A DNA stretch of 54,375 nt, counting the filler, from Bipalium vagum (lineage: Eukaryota), in the NCBI GenBank assembly GCA_037834085.1. It is 2 parts of 2 records of this genome, joined end to end, with 100 filler letters (N's around TTAATTAATTAA, not from the genome) between each part and the next. Parts side by side here need not be neighbours in the genome. Positions count along the whole stretch, not along the records: positions 1 to 26,921 come from JBBMKC010117662.1; 1 more part is not named here. One strand, given 5' to 3'. Within the stretch, counting starts at the first letter, position 1; each line of letters starts with the position of its first letter. Shown here one piece after another: positions 1 through 12,900 of this stretch. A program made the position numbers and the translations under genes. The notes under the pieces are model-generated. The model ran no database searches and was not told the DNA's origin. It was given only the letters and a program-made list of their open reading frames with translations.

Positions 1-29
1 AATAATAATAAGAATAATAATAATAATAA

Positions 30-72
<43 letters not shown>
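1..72. repeat. (AAT)n microsatellite
   Basis: Direct AAT repeats with two AAG interruptions. Confidence 0.95.
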
Positions 73-74
<2 letters not shown>

Positions 75-109
75 GGAATATGTATAATTTTCTCACTTTT
101 TTTCAGCGA

Positions 110-900
110 ATCATAATTAGGGACACTTGGCTGATTTAATAAGTTTTTCGCCTTTTCATAGGAATGAATAACTTCTTCAAAATTAGAACTTGATTATATT
201 TCAGAATCAGACTCTTTTTCATATGAATTTTCGTCTAGAGTCACAAGAGTCATATTTACCCATGAGAAATGATTTCAGTTTTTCACTGTCGTCTTCATTT
301 GTACGCAGTAATAGTGCCAATAGACTTATCATTTTTAAAATATTTTATCTCTTCTTGGTCATCAAACTCTTTGACGGACACATCTTGTAAAAAAGTGCAG
401 TGTCATTGCAACTGAATATATCACTGTCATTTAAGCTTCTCATTTTGATTATAATATCCCGAAAAAGTTAATCATAATTTCGAAGTCTATCGCTGAAAGC
501 TTCGCCAGATAAATTTTTACGACCAATTCCTTTATGTGCTTTATATCTACCAAGCCACCCGTCAAGAACAGCCTTAACATTACCTATTTTATGTATTGCA
601 GCTATTTGCAAAGCCTTTTCCTTAATTAATTTTTCATCATAGCAAACTCCTTGTGCTTCGAGCATTTCAAACCATAGACTTATTTTCTCGTCGATAATTT
701 TTAATTTCAGGTTACTAAAATTTTTGAGATTAGCTGAATGGGCTTCTGCTTTTAAAAGCTTTTCTTCATCTTTAATATAATTAAAGATATTTCGCCTATT
801 AACCTGTTTTTAAAAAAATTCGTGACAATGTTCTGGCCACGTCTGTATGTTTTGCATTGGGGAAAGATTGCGTATGTCCACCAATATCTGCTTTTTCCTT
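110..900 (-). mobile_element. Decayed pogo/Tigger-type DNA transposase (CENP-B HTH plus start of DDE domain)
   Basis: ORF 468..665 'LIKEKALQIA...DGWLGRYKAHKGIGRKNLSGEA' fits the CENP-B/Tc5 HTH. Downstream minus-strand 'DIFSCNDTALFYKMCPSKS' and 'LLRTNEDDSEKLKSFLMGK' fit pogo 'DIFNxDETGLFY' and 'NADGSEKLKPLVIGK'. Stops present. Confidence 0.8.
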
Positions 901-904
901 TATT

Positions 905-1474
905 TATATTGATTTAATCATTTTCCTAAAAACAAAATTAATATTGCAATTCTTTCAGCATAGTCTTCGTCATGTAACTTTGGATAATGTTAAAGATCTT
1001 TTCATACTAGATTGCGTACTGTTTTAAAACTGCATCCAACTTCCTTAGCAAAAGTTCTTAGCGATGTCTCAGATGTTTCTTCATAAACCTAACCTATTTT
1101 GCATAATTTTTATCTTCAGTTGATCACAAACTACCACAGTCTCTGAATTTTTCAGCTGTCTTCTTCATTGTCATCACTGTAGGTACCTTTTCCCGTTTCA
1201 AGTGTTCTAAATGCCACCTGACTAATATGACTGATTTTATTTTAGGTAGCAGTAAAACAATATGCACTTTTTCTTTAATTGAGAACATTATTAAAATTTG
1301 AATTAACCACAATAAAATTTGATGACATCGAATTATTAAAACAATTAAAAACTCACACCAAATTTCGGAAATTCTATTTCTTAAAAAAAATGTAAATGTA
1401 AAAATACATTTAACTATTACACACATATTTTGCTGAGCTCAAAAAACTGATACTTTCCTTATACACACCCTATA
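905..1474 (-). mobile_element. Tc1/mariner-superfamily 5' relic with terminal repeat
   Basis: Minus-strand 'PTVMTMKKTAEKFRDCGS' and 'TSLRTFAKEVGCSFKTVRNLV*KDL...KLHDEDYAERI' are HTH-like. The end reads TA-TAGGGTGTG on the minus strand, like TACAGGGTG-type TIRs. Confidence 0.6.
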
Positions 1475-1948
1475 ATGTTCGAACTGATTTTTCGAAACAT
1501 GTTTTATCAATTCAATTAAAATAGAATCCACCTGATAAAGCACAATTTTCTCATTCTTATATATTTTTACTCCCATATTGTTAAATCTTAATTCCTGGAA
1601 CCAATGAACTGTATAAAGGCACACTGAAAGTCTCTTTGAATATTCATTTTCTTGGAGTTTCTTAATGAAAACGGAAAGGGATGCGACATCTGGAGTTGAT
1701 CTCGAAAGTTTGAAAGGTGATAATTATTAAATGAAATAACATCACTTCGCGCAAATGTTGTTTATTTGGTATATAAGGCGTGATCTAAAAAGGAGATAAG
1801 AGATAGTTAAAGGTATCAGAATACGTTCTTATGGATTATTTTTGAAAAATGCATAAACAATATATCTTCAAATAGTTTATTTAAACAAATGAATAAATTT
1901 TCTTGATCAAAGCTATTTAAAATAAGGTTCACTTTCAATGCACATACC

Positions 1949-1949
<1 letters not shown>

Positions 1950-1991
<42 letters not shown>
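1950..1991. repeat. (AAT)n microsatellite
   Basis: Direct AAT repeats. Confidence 0.95.
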
Positions 1992-1992
<1 letters not shown>

Positions 1993-2029
1993 TCACAAAC
2001 CTTAATTAACAATTATTAAAAAAAAGTAT

Positions 2030-3043
2030 TATGCTGTCCCATAAAAAATGAAATTTTGTTAAAAGGTTTCAATCAATAGTTTTTATTTTACAAGACAAAA
2101 TTCACGAACAAAAATAAAATATATTGGTTAGAGAAACAAGAGGCCACTTTTATACAATTCCACATCTATAAAGTGAAAAACTTTCAATTCTACGTAAAGA
2201 ATAACTTAATTTTCAAATCAGTCTTCGAATAAAATATGACCTTGAGCGAAACAAATGAGTCAGAAGCTGTTTCATCTGACAAGAACGATGAATGTGGCAA
2301 CAGTTTATTTCCATCAAGAATGTTGATAGTTGCCATATTTTTCCTTGTAGTATGATGCTTTGGGTTACTCACTTCTTTCGATTGATAAAAAAGGATATTT
2401 TGTTGTCATAACTTCATGTAATCTCTCTAAGTGTACTGAATAAATGTTCGAGTTTAACCTATTATCGTCTGTAGAAATTCAAAGAAAAATTTTTCTCAAG
2501 TGGAGTTTCAAAAAACGGGCAACATGTCCTGTTTTCCATATCATTGTACTTTATAACAAGAAACGAACATCTCAGTTGTAGATAACCATTAGCATTTTTC
2601 ATTTGGACTATTAAAAAAGGCTCAATTTTCATCCATAGCAACAGACATTTTGAAAAAACTCTCGCCAACAGGTTTTTTAAAAAGTGACTTAAAAATTTCA
2701 AGCCCTTTATCTGCCTGACTTTCCGACAGTTCATTTGGGTCAATTCAAAGGGCCCTATACCTTTTCCAAATAGAATGAAAGTGTCGTTGGATGATGGACT
2801 TTGTAGAACTAACTTCAGCAGCTAATTAACGAACTGATTGAAACAGATTGGATTCAACAGATTCATTCAATATAGCTTGATCACACACGGATACTCTTCA
2901 CAGGTTTGTGTCACCCAATTTGAATTTTTCAAACCACCACATGGTTGTCCTCGAATTCAAAAGCAGTAATAAATTATTTCACATCTCTTCAAGACATATT
3001 TCATTTGTCTTAATAAAAATGAAATGTTTTATGGGACAATATA
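2030..3043 (-). mobile_element. Decayed mariner-like element with imperfect TIRs
   Basis: Left TGTCCCATAAAA (~2035) versus right TTTTATGGGACA (~3027). Minus-strand remnants 'EPFLIV..' (PFLDRIVTGDEKW region) and 'NPKHHT' (DNARPH region). Confidence 0.65.
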
Positions 3044-3186
3044 ATAATAAGTTATTTATTGTAAATCAAATATAGAACAATCCAAGGTACTTTGATTGCT
3101 CCTAAGCGTGCTCCTAATAAAATAAATTGACAAATGATTTTAAAGTGGTGTTATTGGAAAAGTTGCTCATCAAAAAGTCAAACTTT

Positions 3187-3542
3187 TGTCATGGTTCTGT
3201 AGGTGCAAGCTTATAAGAACTCAGATTCGGATTAATAAATTTTAGGTCTAAGGTTAAGAAAGGGTAACCGAAGGTAACTGTGACTCAGTTGGTAATCAGA
3301 AAAGAGTACCAAAAAGAGTACGAAGTGCTTACTACCGAATTTAAATTAATTTCATTATTGCTAGCAAACCAAGAGATAATTCAATGCAAGGTCCAATCAC
3401 TTCAGAGTTAAGCAAGTCAAACAGCTACTGTCGTGTTTAAAAAATCGATTTAATCTCAAGAGTCAATTTGACTTAATTAAAGTTACTTGTTTTTATTATT
3501 CACGTTTTTCTTAATAAAATCGCATCTTGTTTTATTATGACA
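3187..3542 (+). mobile_element. Possible small solo LTR (TGTCAT...ATGACA)
   Basis: 6-bp inverted TG...CA termini, a TATAA near 3212 and AATAAA near 3513. No target-site duplication found. Confidence 0.3.
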
Positions 3543-3747
3543 GATGTCCTTATCTTAAAGTTAAAAGTGCACTGCGGTGCTTGATAAAAGAGGATTTACA
3601 AAAAAGAAAACTTTTGATAGAACAGAACCGGAGCGAGGCTCAAGATATTCCAATACATGTATACACAAAAACTTATTAAAACAGAAAAGAACAATTAGTT
3701 TAAAAGTAAATTAAATGCTTAAATTAAAATATAAATAACATAGTTAC

Positions 3748-3978
3748 AGTTTCGAATTAGAGTTCGATGTAGCTCCTCCAACACAAATCCGAAGCTTTCC
3801 GACATTTCTCCACATTTGAGCGTTTCTAACGAGAGCCGTACAATCAAGTAGTCCGAAACCATAAACGTGGCTTATTAAGAGGTTAGCAGAGTTCATTTGC
3901 CACACGGATTCGAAGGGGTTTGGAATACGGCCACTGATGGTGAGTAAATGTTGAACATCTCTCCAGCTCAAGTAAGGG
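3748..3978 (-). CDS. Convertase exon 10: end of catalytic domain
   Basis: (N)PYLSWRDVQHLLTISGRIPNPFESVWQMNSANLLISHVYGFGLLDCTALVRNAQMWRNVGKLRICVGG...; GTAACT donor at 3747. Confidence 0.95.
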
Positions 3979-6900
3979 CTGATAAAAGTTTCATTAAAGT
4001 TCTCTGGAGTATAGGCTTAAGGTCATTACTTTGCTTCAAATGCTAAGCCAACACAGGCCGCAGCTAAAGGTGTTGCGGCAGATGTTCCAACAAAGCCTTG
4101 ACTACATGCATTGTTGATTCCTGAGGAAATCTGGAAGGAAGTTCCCAATTAAGGATAGAAATTAATATGTATCGATTTATTCACATATTTTCACAATTTT
4201 AATCTTAAAGGCATCATACACTTCGCAAAATCTGACAGTTAATAAAATTGCTCTTACACCATGGATTCCAGCTATAATCATCGCTAGTCGATATTTGACC
4301 ACAATGAACGATCAGGTATCAGGGTTTTCGACAAGTTACAAAAAAATGTTAATCTTTGGTAAATGTGAGAAAACCAAAGTTACAATCGTGTAATACATTA
4401 CCAAAAAAGAAAGTTTACAACGTTAAAGGTGTATTCAGCAGGAAGCTCATTATTAACTCTATATACCAGGTTTCAATTACTGTGCTCAGAATTGATTGAT
4501 TTATTTCATAACAGGCGTCCACAATTCTTTCATTAACACTGTATCATTTTAAAAAAGTAGGAATAAATTCTTTTGGGTCACATGGGTATAGAAACATTAC
4601 ATTTTGATGGTGTTCTTGGAATTCCTGATGTGTTTTCAGTTTTCCACGGTTTCATCCCGTATAATGCAGTTTTGAAAATTCACACAACCAGATACTTACA
4701 GATTTTTTGGTGCACATGATCCCAAGACTTTGCACTACCGTTTATTACACTCACATTGTACAACTGTTTGGTGTGAGATAACATCGCAGAAAATTTTGTT
4801 ATAGTTTAGTATGTTGCTCATTCTGTTTTTTCTTTCATTTTTCCATTCCCGTTGTACCAACGTTACAGATTCTGTGGAATATTCTAAATATGATACAAAG
4901 ATACTTTTTTCAGTCATGGTTCGACGAATAAATCCACGTTTCATCACCAGTGATGATTAAATTAAATCTGAACTACCTCTGCTAAATTTCTGGAACAATT
5001 TTTCACCATTTAACAAGACATTCTTTTCCAGAAGCTTTCAATTTGTGCTGGATCCATTCTGTACCTTCAGATGGTCGTGTGAAATAATTTCTAATCAAAA
5101 CAAAGAAACTGGTATTCTGACGAGATAAGAATGCGAGCAGATCGGTGGTGTAAAATCATTGGACTTTATTTTGAAGAGTAGTTTTATTGTTATAATTAAA
5201 TAAATATATAATTTTGAACACGAACTTTTGCATCACTGTACTTTCATGACAGTATCAGTGGATGCCTCAATTTCACGGCATGTGATATGTCGATCTCTTT
5301 CAATTATTTCAATTTACAACGATTTATTAATTTTATCTCATTATAATATATAAAAGTAATTTTTCTTCGTTTTGATTGGTGTCTGATATTCTCAACTGTG
5401 GTTGTCTGTTTTCTGTTTTTGATTTTGGAATTTTCCACACATATGATAAATATTAGTGACTGAAATGGGCATTGGTGGACGATCACCACGAAATTTATCT
5501 TTTATATTTGTGCGTTCACGCTGGAATTCTGCGAACCGTTTATAACCGCAGATTTTTGATGATTTTTTATTCCGAAAGACTAAATGAACTAAATCGAGAC
5601 ATTTGTTTTGTATAAAAACGTTTAAAATCACAGTAAATCGTAGAATGGTATTTTTCCAAAGAAAGCTTCATATTTTATTTATAACTTCTATTTCGAATGT
5701 TTACCTATCCACACAAATCGATTACTTATTCAAATGAGTTAGGAAAATTCAATATCGAATTTTTCTCTACTGGGGAGAACAGATAAGCAATGATTATTTT
5801 TAATAACAAAGCACGATAATTTCAAAAGATAAATAAAAAATAATGTTCTCAAGGAAATGGCTATTTCAGCCATACATTTCACCATATTTCTGTTAATTTA
5901 TGGATACCATCTCAAATTAACGTCTCTGGTTTTGAGAAGAACCATTTAGAGATCTGTTTTGAAGTACTGATTAGCAAGTCTATTTGTTATTGACCGGAAC
6001 AAATAAAATTTGGTGACTACGATGAGTGGACGAGCACTTTCCTGGTTATATCTTTTAACATATTTCTAACTGCTTTAGAAGGTTTTGGCGTTGCGTTGTC
6101 ACAGATTTGATTGCGCTGAGATTTAGGAGTTTCACCGGGTTTGAGAATTATCGTTACACATCGCCTTCTTGATCTTACTAGAGACTTTACTTACTTTCTA
6201 TTCAAAGTGGTTTGATCTTGCAGTAGGTTTTGATGATTGACCATGAATTAACCCATGATTTCGTGCTTTTTGCATTTTCAAAATAAATCAACTTTTCATC
6301 TCCTATCAAAATTCTTATAAGAAAGACTTCTTTGTTCAACTTTAACAATATTTCATTTACTTCTCTTTAGTTTTTCAGTTGTCTTTCACCCAATTGATAA
6401 AACAACCATTTCTTTCCTTTAAAATTGTTCACTGAATTGTTTTTGAGATTGGTATGCATTTTCATTTAATAAATTTTCTAAATCATAATATTCAAATTTA
6501 GAAGGGAGGCCTGGATGTTCTTTGTCTTTACACAAGACTATTTATTTCTGAAGAGCTTTAACCAATGATCGCATGTTTTCATAAATCTTACAAAGTATCC
6601 ATTAGTTTTCTAAAGCAATTTTGCTCATCATAAAATGATAATAAGAACCTCCCACAGATGATCGTATCCTAGGAGAAATTTTGACATGTTTAGATCTACA
6701 AATTTTGATATAACATCTTATGCCAATTTGAATAAATTAGTCTAGTAAATATCGATTATTAAAACAAAATGGTTTAGATTTGAATTCAAAATTATTACCA
6801 TATAAATGTCAGTGAATCGATTTAAATAAATCTGTATTATTCATCTGTACACCTAATCTTTATCATTTATAAAACGAGGATTTCACTTAAAGTACTCAAT

Positions 6901-9900
6901 TCCAGAAACTTTCTCAACACCCCAAGTATCAAGATTTGATATTTCATTAATTCTTACTGCTTTACTTTCCAACAAAGATTGAAAAAAATGTCATTCAGAA
7001 GAGCAAGAATTTTCGAATTATATTTTATTAAAAATTAAACGAAAAATAAAGGAAATCAACTGACAAAGTATTATAAAATGCGAGGTTAAATAAAATCGTT
7101 TTATAGTGATAAAGATTACTAGAGAAGGGTTGATGTTTTGTCCACTGCCAGCTGAGAATCCTCCTACAGCTGCTGTGATGCTAATTGCTGAGCATTCTTC
7201 AGTGTAATCTGGTTTTCGTCCGTAGATATTAACAGAAGTTACTGCAATCGTATAAGGTGAATTGACCATGCCATCAGCTCCACAGTGATCCCTGTTATTA
7301 CCTCCATTTCCCGCTGCAAATAGATAGATTGATCCTCTTCCACCTCTACCCTAACATCAAAATAATAAGAAATAATAGAGTTAATAAATATTCCATTTCT
7401 GTTATAATATTATGTATCGAGTGATCTCATTAAAGGTAAAGTGTTCAAAATGAGAATATGAATACAAATTATTGTTTCGCGCATCTTGTTTTTATTTTTC
7501 TAATTCCAATAACATTCCTAAAGATTAGCAAAACATTATAAAGACGTCTTATTCTAAGTCTTTGGTTGTCATATAAAATATTCGATTTTGTGATTGGTTC
7601 AAGAAATGAAGAACCCATGGCATTTTTAACATTAGCAAGCGCTTTCAAATGTCTTAGGAGTGACAACGAATGTTTTAGCATGATCCCAAACATTATGATT
7701 TGAGTTTAATTTCTCCTCACTCAGTAAATTGACATTTTCAATGACGCTCCTGGACTTACCAAATACCACAGCCTAATGGTGCGTTTATTGGCTATACACT
7801 TGCCATATGCCAAATTAATGTTTTCAGCTTTTTCCAAAGCTACGTGTCGAAATTTCAATTTAAATTACTATTCGAAAAAAAGTCTACATCCAAAAAAGAT
7901 ATTGATAACAGTTTGCTATTAACAGTTATCATTATAAATTCCTAAAACCGATGAATCAATAACATCAGAATATTACTGCAACCAATTGGAATTTTTGGAC
8001 CAAAAATTTAAAATTAGCCATCGATCAGTTGTCCACAGAAAATTTTCATTTTGTCGACAGATCTCCTATAACTAAACGAACTTTGCAAAAAGTGAAACAG
8101 CTTTGATATAACAATCTTCCCTATCCCGCAAATTCACCGGACCGCATCGCCTACTGATTATTGTATATTTCAAGTACTTGACCAATTCCTTTCAAGAAAA
8201 ATAGTCAACAATTATAGCAAAATACACCCAAGGAATTCATTATATTCCCAAATAAAGCTTTTATCAAAGTAAGATTTAAAAGTTGCCTTCGGGTTGGGAT
8301 CAATATATTAAATGTCATGGAAACTCTCCTTAATGAATGAATGTCTTTCGTTTAAAATTGTTTAATTTTCATTTTGTTCGTGAAAACAAAATATTTTCAA
8401 ACAACCTGATATTATACATAAATCAATAGTTAATTATTAATTAAATTGATTTTAAATTATTATTATTTTTCGTTTTATATCATTGATCATTTTCTTTAAT
8501 TATCAATTATTAAATTAAATTAATTAATAATTATTTATTATTAAATTAATTAAAATTATTAATTAATTAAAATTATAAATAAATTAAAATGCTGAAGAGA
8601 ATATATTTTGATTTAATCATTGGTGGAGTCTCATTTAAATGAAAGAAGAGCATAAAGTAATTCAATGAGTTATTATTTTATTGTTTTTGTGTACCTTTAA
8701 TTTTATTATACTCCGTAACGCAACAAGCGGTATTATTATTATTATTATTATTATTATTTTTATTAGTATCAGTTTAATATTTATTCAATAAATGAAGACC
8801 TTCAACGATTTTTTAATAGTGATAAAGAAAAAAAATTAGATTAAATAATTGTTATAATTAAAAATGATGACTGATCAAAGTAATAATCAATATTAAATAA
8901 TAAAAATTGTGATATTAAGACAAAATAAAAAAGATCTGTTCCCGAAAAATAATGTTAAATAATAATATTTATTACTCACAATGTAATAAGTTTTAAAGTT
9001 CGCGGAAGGTGGTTTACCTAACGATGGTAACGAGTATTCATTGTTAAATCATAAATTGAGCGTCTGAGAAATACAAAGCCACAGGTAATCAAACCAAACA
9101 AGGAAACTGAAAATCGATTATTGAATGAGTAATAGACAGTCAATGAAGTTAATTTCAATGTTTTTCCTTAGAATTATATTATGGAAGACGCTGTCGCCAA
9201 TCAAAGAACTATCGTCTTTTTTCTGCTGGAAGAAGATGCTAGAGGCGAAATAGTGCGTCGTCTAACTACCATTTCTGACGAAGATGCTATTCGAAAGATA
9301 ACTGTGTATAAATGGATTTATCGATTCAGTAGTGGGCGTCAAAGAATTATTCAAAAAGTAGTAGGCCCGTGATAGAGATTAATCAATCTTATACTTTGCC
9401 AAAGTCAACAGAAATTATCAATTTGATAGGTATCAGTGTGAGGCAAGTGCGCAAAATGTGGATATGAGGAAACTGACATCAACAAGGGTGCATCGCCTAA
9501 TAAAAGGTCAACAAAAAGAAGTGGAAATATGCAGAAAGCTAATTGTAATGAGCGAAGAAAGGGTTACTTACAATAAAGCCAAGGATATCGTCACTGAACA
9601 AACCGCATTCCGATTCACCAAAGTTTGTTTAAATGACTCAGAAAGTTATTGATTAAAACAAAACCAAACATTGCCTCGGAATTACAACAAAGAATTAAAA
9701 GATAATTTCAAAAAAGATCAGAAGAGAACAGAAATTGCCTGAGAATCTTGAATCTTTTTGGAAATGTTTTCAGGTTACTTAATTTTAATATTTTAAAGAA
9801 CTTCAGAACTTTACGTTCCATATCTTCAAAACCTGTGCTTCATTGATTGATTTCACATTGTCAGAGTGCATCTTATCTGATCTGCTCTTCATTGTTTTGG

Positions 9901-12900
9901 TTGCAAGAATAGGTTTCATCAATTGTGAAGAATATTGAAACAACAGACACGCTTGCGTGGGGGGCCTCAGACCTATTGTGATCTGAAACGTTCAATATCA
10001 TCTGGGTAGAGGCAGAAAAGATTATGCCTCGGGGAAAATGAATGCCATTACGGTTTCGAAATGTATTACACAACATTTTTAGTGGATAAAAGAGGAAAAC
10101 AGGGACTTCTGTCTTTCTGGAAGTTACTCTCAGTCAATATATTCTAAATATTAAGCTTAGTTTCCATGTGCAGAAGAGGGTACAAAAAGACATTTGAAAA
10201 AAGTCAGAGGAATGAAACAATAACCGGAAAGAAAAAAATCCGCAAATATTGAACCATATAAAGATCCACTGTAACCTTCTGACAAGTGCAACCATTGGTG
10301 AACCATATGTGAAAATGGCACTAGATGAAAAAATCGTGTGGGATTTGCACTAAGGCGATGTACTTCAGTTACAAGTGGAACCAAGATAATCAATATTGAT
10401 ACAGGAATTCCCTTTCCTGAGAAAATGCTGCCATTTAGCTTCACGAAGGTCTTTTATATGACATCCAATGCCTCGGCTGATAAGTCTTGAAACCATTACC
10501 CTTGCTGACTATTGATATTGTTTCATGGATGTCAAAAATCAATAAGAACTGAAACAATAAAAGCTTTCAGTGTCTGTTGGTCTATTGTTGTCATAATAAT
10601 ACTATTATTTATTTGCATTTTTATATTTAGTATTTTCTTCTTTTTTATATTCTTTTATTATTATTATTATTATTATAAATATAAATATAATGATAATACT
10701 ATTTTGTTATTATTATCATTATTATATTATTATTATTATCATCATGTCACCAATCATTAATCATTCTTATTAGTATAAATAATATAATTTTACAACAATA
10801 ATATTAACAGAATTTTCGATAAAAATAATATAAAATAAAAGGAGATTAATAAAACAATATTATTTTATATATAAAAATAAAATGATAAAAAAATTGTTTT
10901 AATTAAAACAAAAGTAAGAGAAGAAGAATATCGAGCTCTAAACGAGCAAAAACTGGCCATGCTCATTGATGTTTTTCAACAATGTTTGCCATGTGTTCCG
11001 AACGGTCGCTGGCAAACATGTCTGGCTCTGTCGCGGTGGTGTCAGTGTTGACAATGACCAGACTCATTCACCATCGTCAGGGCACAGCGCTCATGACAAT
11101 AGAGACCTTTGCTCTCTGTACTGTCTCAGTGAGTAAGAAGACCAAGCTGTCAACGTGTGCTCTGCACAGTGGCCTCACCATTGAAAGTGAGCATCAGCGT
11201 ATAAGGCTCATACCAGAGCCTGAGCACCGTTTGGTGAGACATTGATAAATAAAAAAGAGAGAAGTGGTGCATTCTCTGAGTTGCATAAATAATAAAGTGA
11301 TGAGACTGGTAATGTCACATATTTTCCATTCGGAAATCGAACCAGTTTTTGACTTATTATCAAATTTAAGTGAGAATTTATCCCTACTTTTTTGGTTCCA
11401 GTTTGTAAAGCTTTCTGCACGTAATGAGTGATAGGAGCTGTTCTGGTACCACTGTCCTTGGGTCCCCAAGAGTTGCTGTATATATCGATGTACTGATTGT
11501 TGTGGGTAAGGGCAAAAGCTTCCAGCAAATCGGTCACCATTGACTTGGCCAGCATCCTGATTCCTACAAAAAGATCTCTTTAGGATGAAAACCCAAAATT
11601 ATCAAAAGATGTCACTAATGAAATGTGCTATTATTATACTCAAACTATAACGGTGTGCTCGTTACCTCTGATTACTTAGTGTTCGTGAATCAAAATAAGC
11701 ACAATACACATTAACCCTTAACCAATCAAAATAATCTTGATTTTACCCCGAATCACAATTATAACAATCGAGAATTCGATCACAAATGGAATAACACAAA
11801 GCCAAACCGATATCAAATAATTTTGTTCGTCAAATTAAGTTAAGTACTGAAATCAATATAAAACAAATCGAAAAAATTATCTTAAAAAAGCTGAAACAAT
11901 TTATTTTTCTCGGACCCCGGGTCGTACGCTAGGCCCTGTACAGTCGTCTATAGATTTCCTACGTTCACAGGACTCAGAAAATTGCTGCTGTGAGCGACGA
12001 TGAGCACAAGAATATAAATTTGAATAGAAACCGGTCCCAATGGAAATGATTTTCTGACGATGACTCCACTGCCTTCCAAAGCTGACTTGAATGAATGGAT
12101 TTACTTCGGTACAAAAACTTTCTGGTTTCAAATGCAAAAACAATATTCTTATAATTCATTCACCGCGATCTTCTAATATCCAATCAATACGACAGTTTCC
12201 ACAATGAATAACTTTTTAAAACAATTTCTCATTTCCCCAATAATCATATCTCGACGAAATGTACAGGCGAAATTCTGTCTCATGTACAGCAATACAGATT
12301 GGCCGGTGATCCCCAGTCTATACTTTTGAAAGGATATTTTCCGTGATAGCCAATTAATTTCAAAATTAACCTTTTGACCCCGACGCTATGTCGACATTGA
12401 GATAAGACCAATCCCTTTTATTATTTTACATAAACGGTGTGACAATAAAGTTCCAGGACGGTTAATCAAACGCGAATCGTACAGTTGTCAAATGAGAATT
12501 GTTTGTGTTGGCAGCACAAGATACAGCTCGTTGAAAGTTCTGAATATTTTATTTCAACTGTTTATCTAAAGAGTATTGCCTAATTGATCTGCTAAGATTT
12601 TAAGCATTGTCACCATTTCAGAACGGAACAGAGAGCGAATATCAAATTTGCTATAGGTTAGGCAAAATATCTATGGAGACCGATGAAATGTTGAAAAATC
12701 GTGTATGGGAACAGCACAATGTCAGGATCTGAAGTCTTAGAGTGGTAATCAAGCTTTCGTGAAGATCGTGATGATGTGGCCGTCCATCTACCTCCAGAAA
12801 TGATGGAAACATAGACAAAATTAAAGAAATTGTTGAAGCCGATAGACGGATTACATTAAAAATGGTCGAAGATAAAACTGAAATCAATAGAGAATCGATT

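Noticed and set aside
1124-1426. 'LEH' in this ORF as a P-domain exon
   Set aside because: No RGD/SP.GT motifs; the context is a transposase HTH.
10476-10495. CTGATAAG...GAAAC hammerhead-like core
   Set aside because: Lacks the conserved CUGANGA and supporting stems.
10512-10760. Hydrophobic/poly-Tyr ORF
   Set aside because: Translation of ATT/TAT microsatellite.
10982-11245. 87-aa ORF
   Set aside because: No recognisable protein features; better explained by the GC-richer structured block.
11325-11390. tRNA/SINE B-box GGTTCGATTTCC on the minus strand
   Set aside because: No A-box or cloverleaf upstream; the upstream sequence runs into the splice donor.
11711-11725. TAACCCTTAACC as a telomerase template or telomeric seed
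   Set aside because: Under two units, and inside LTR copy D.
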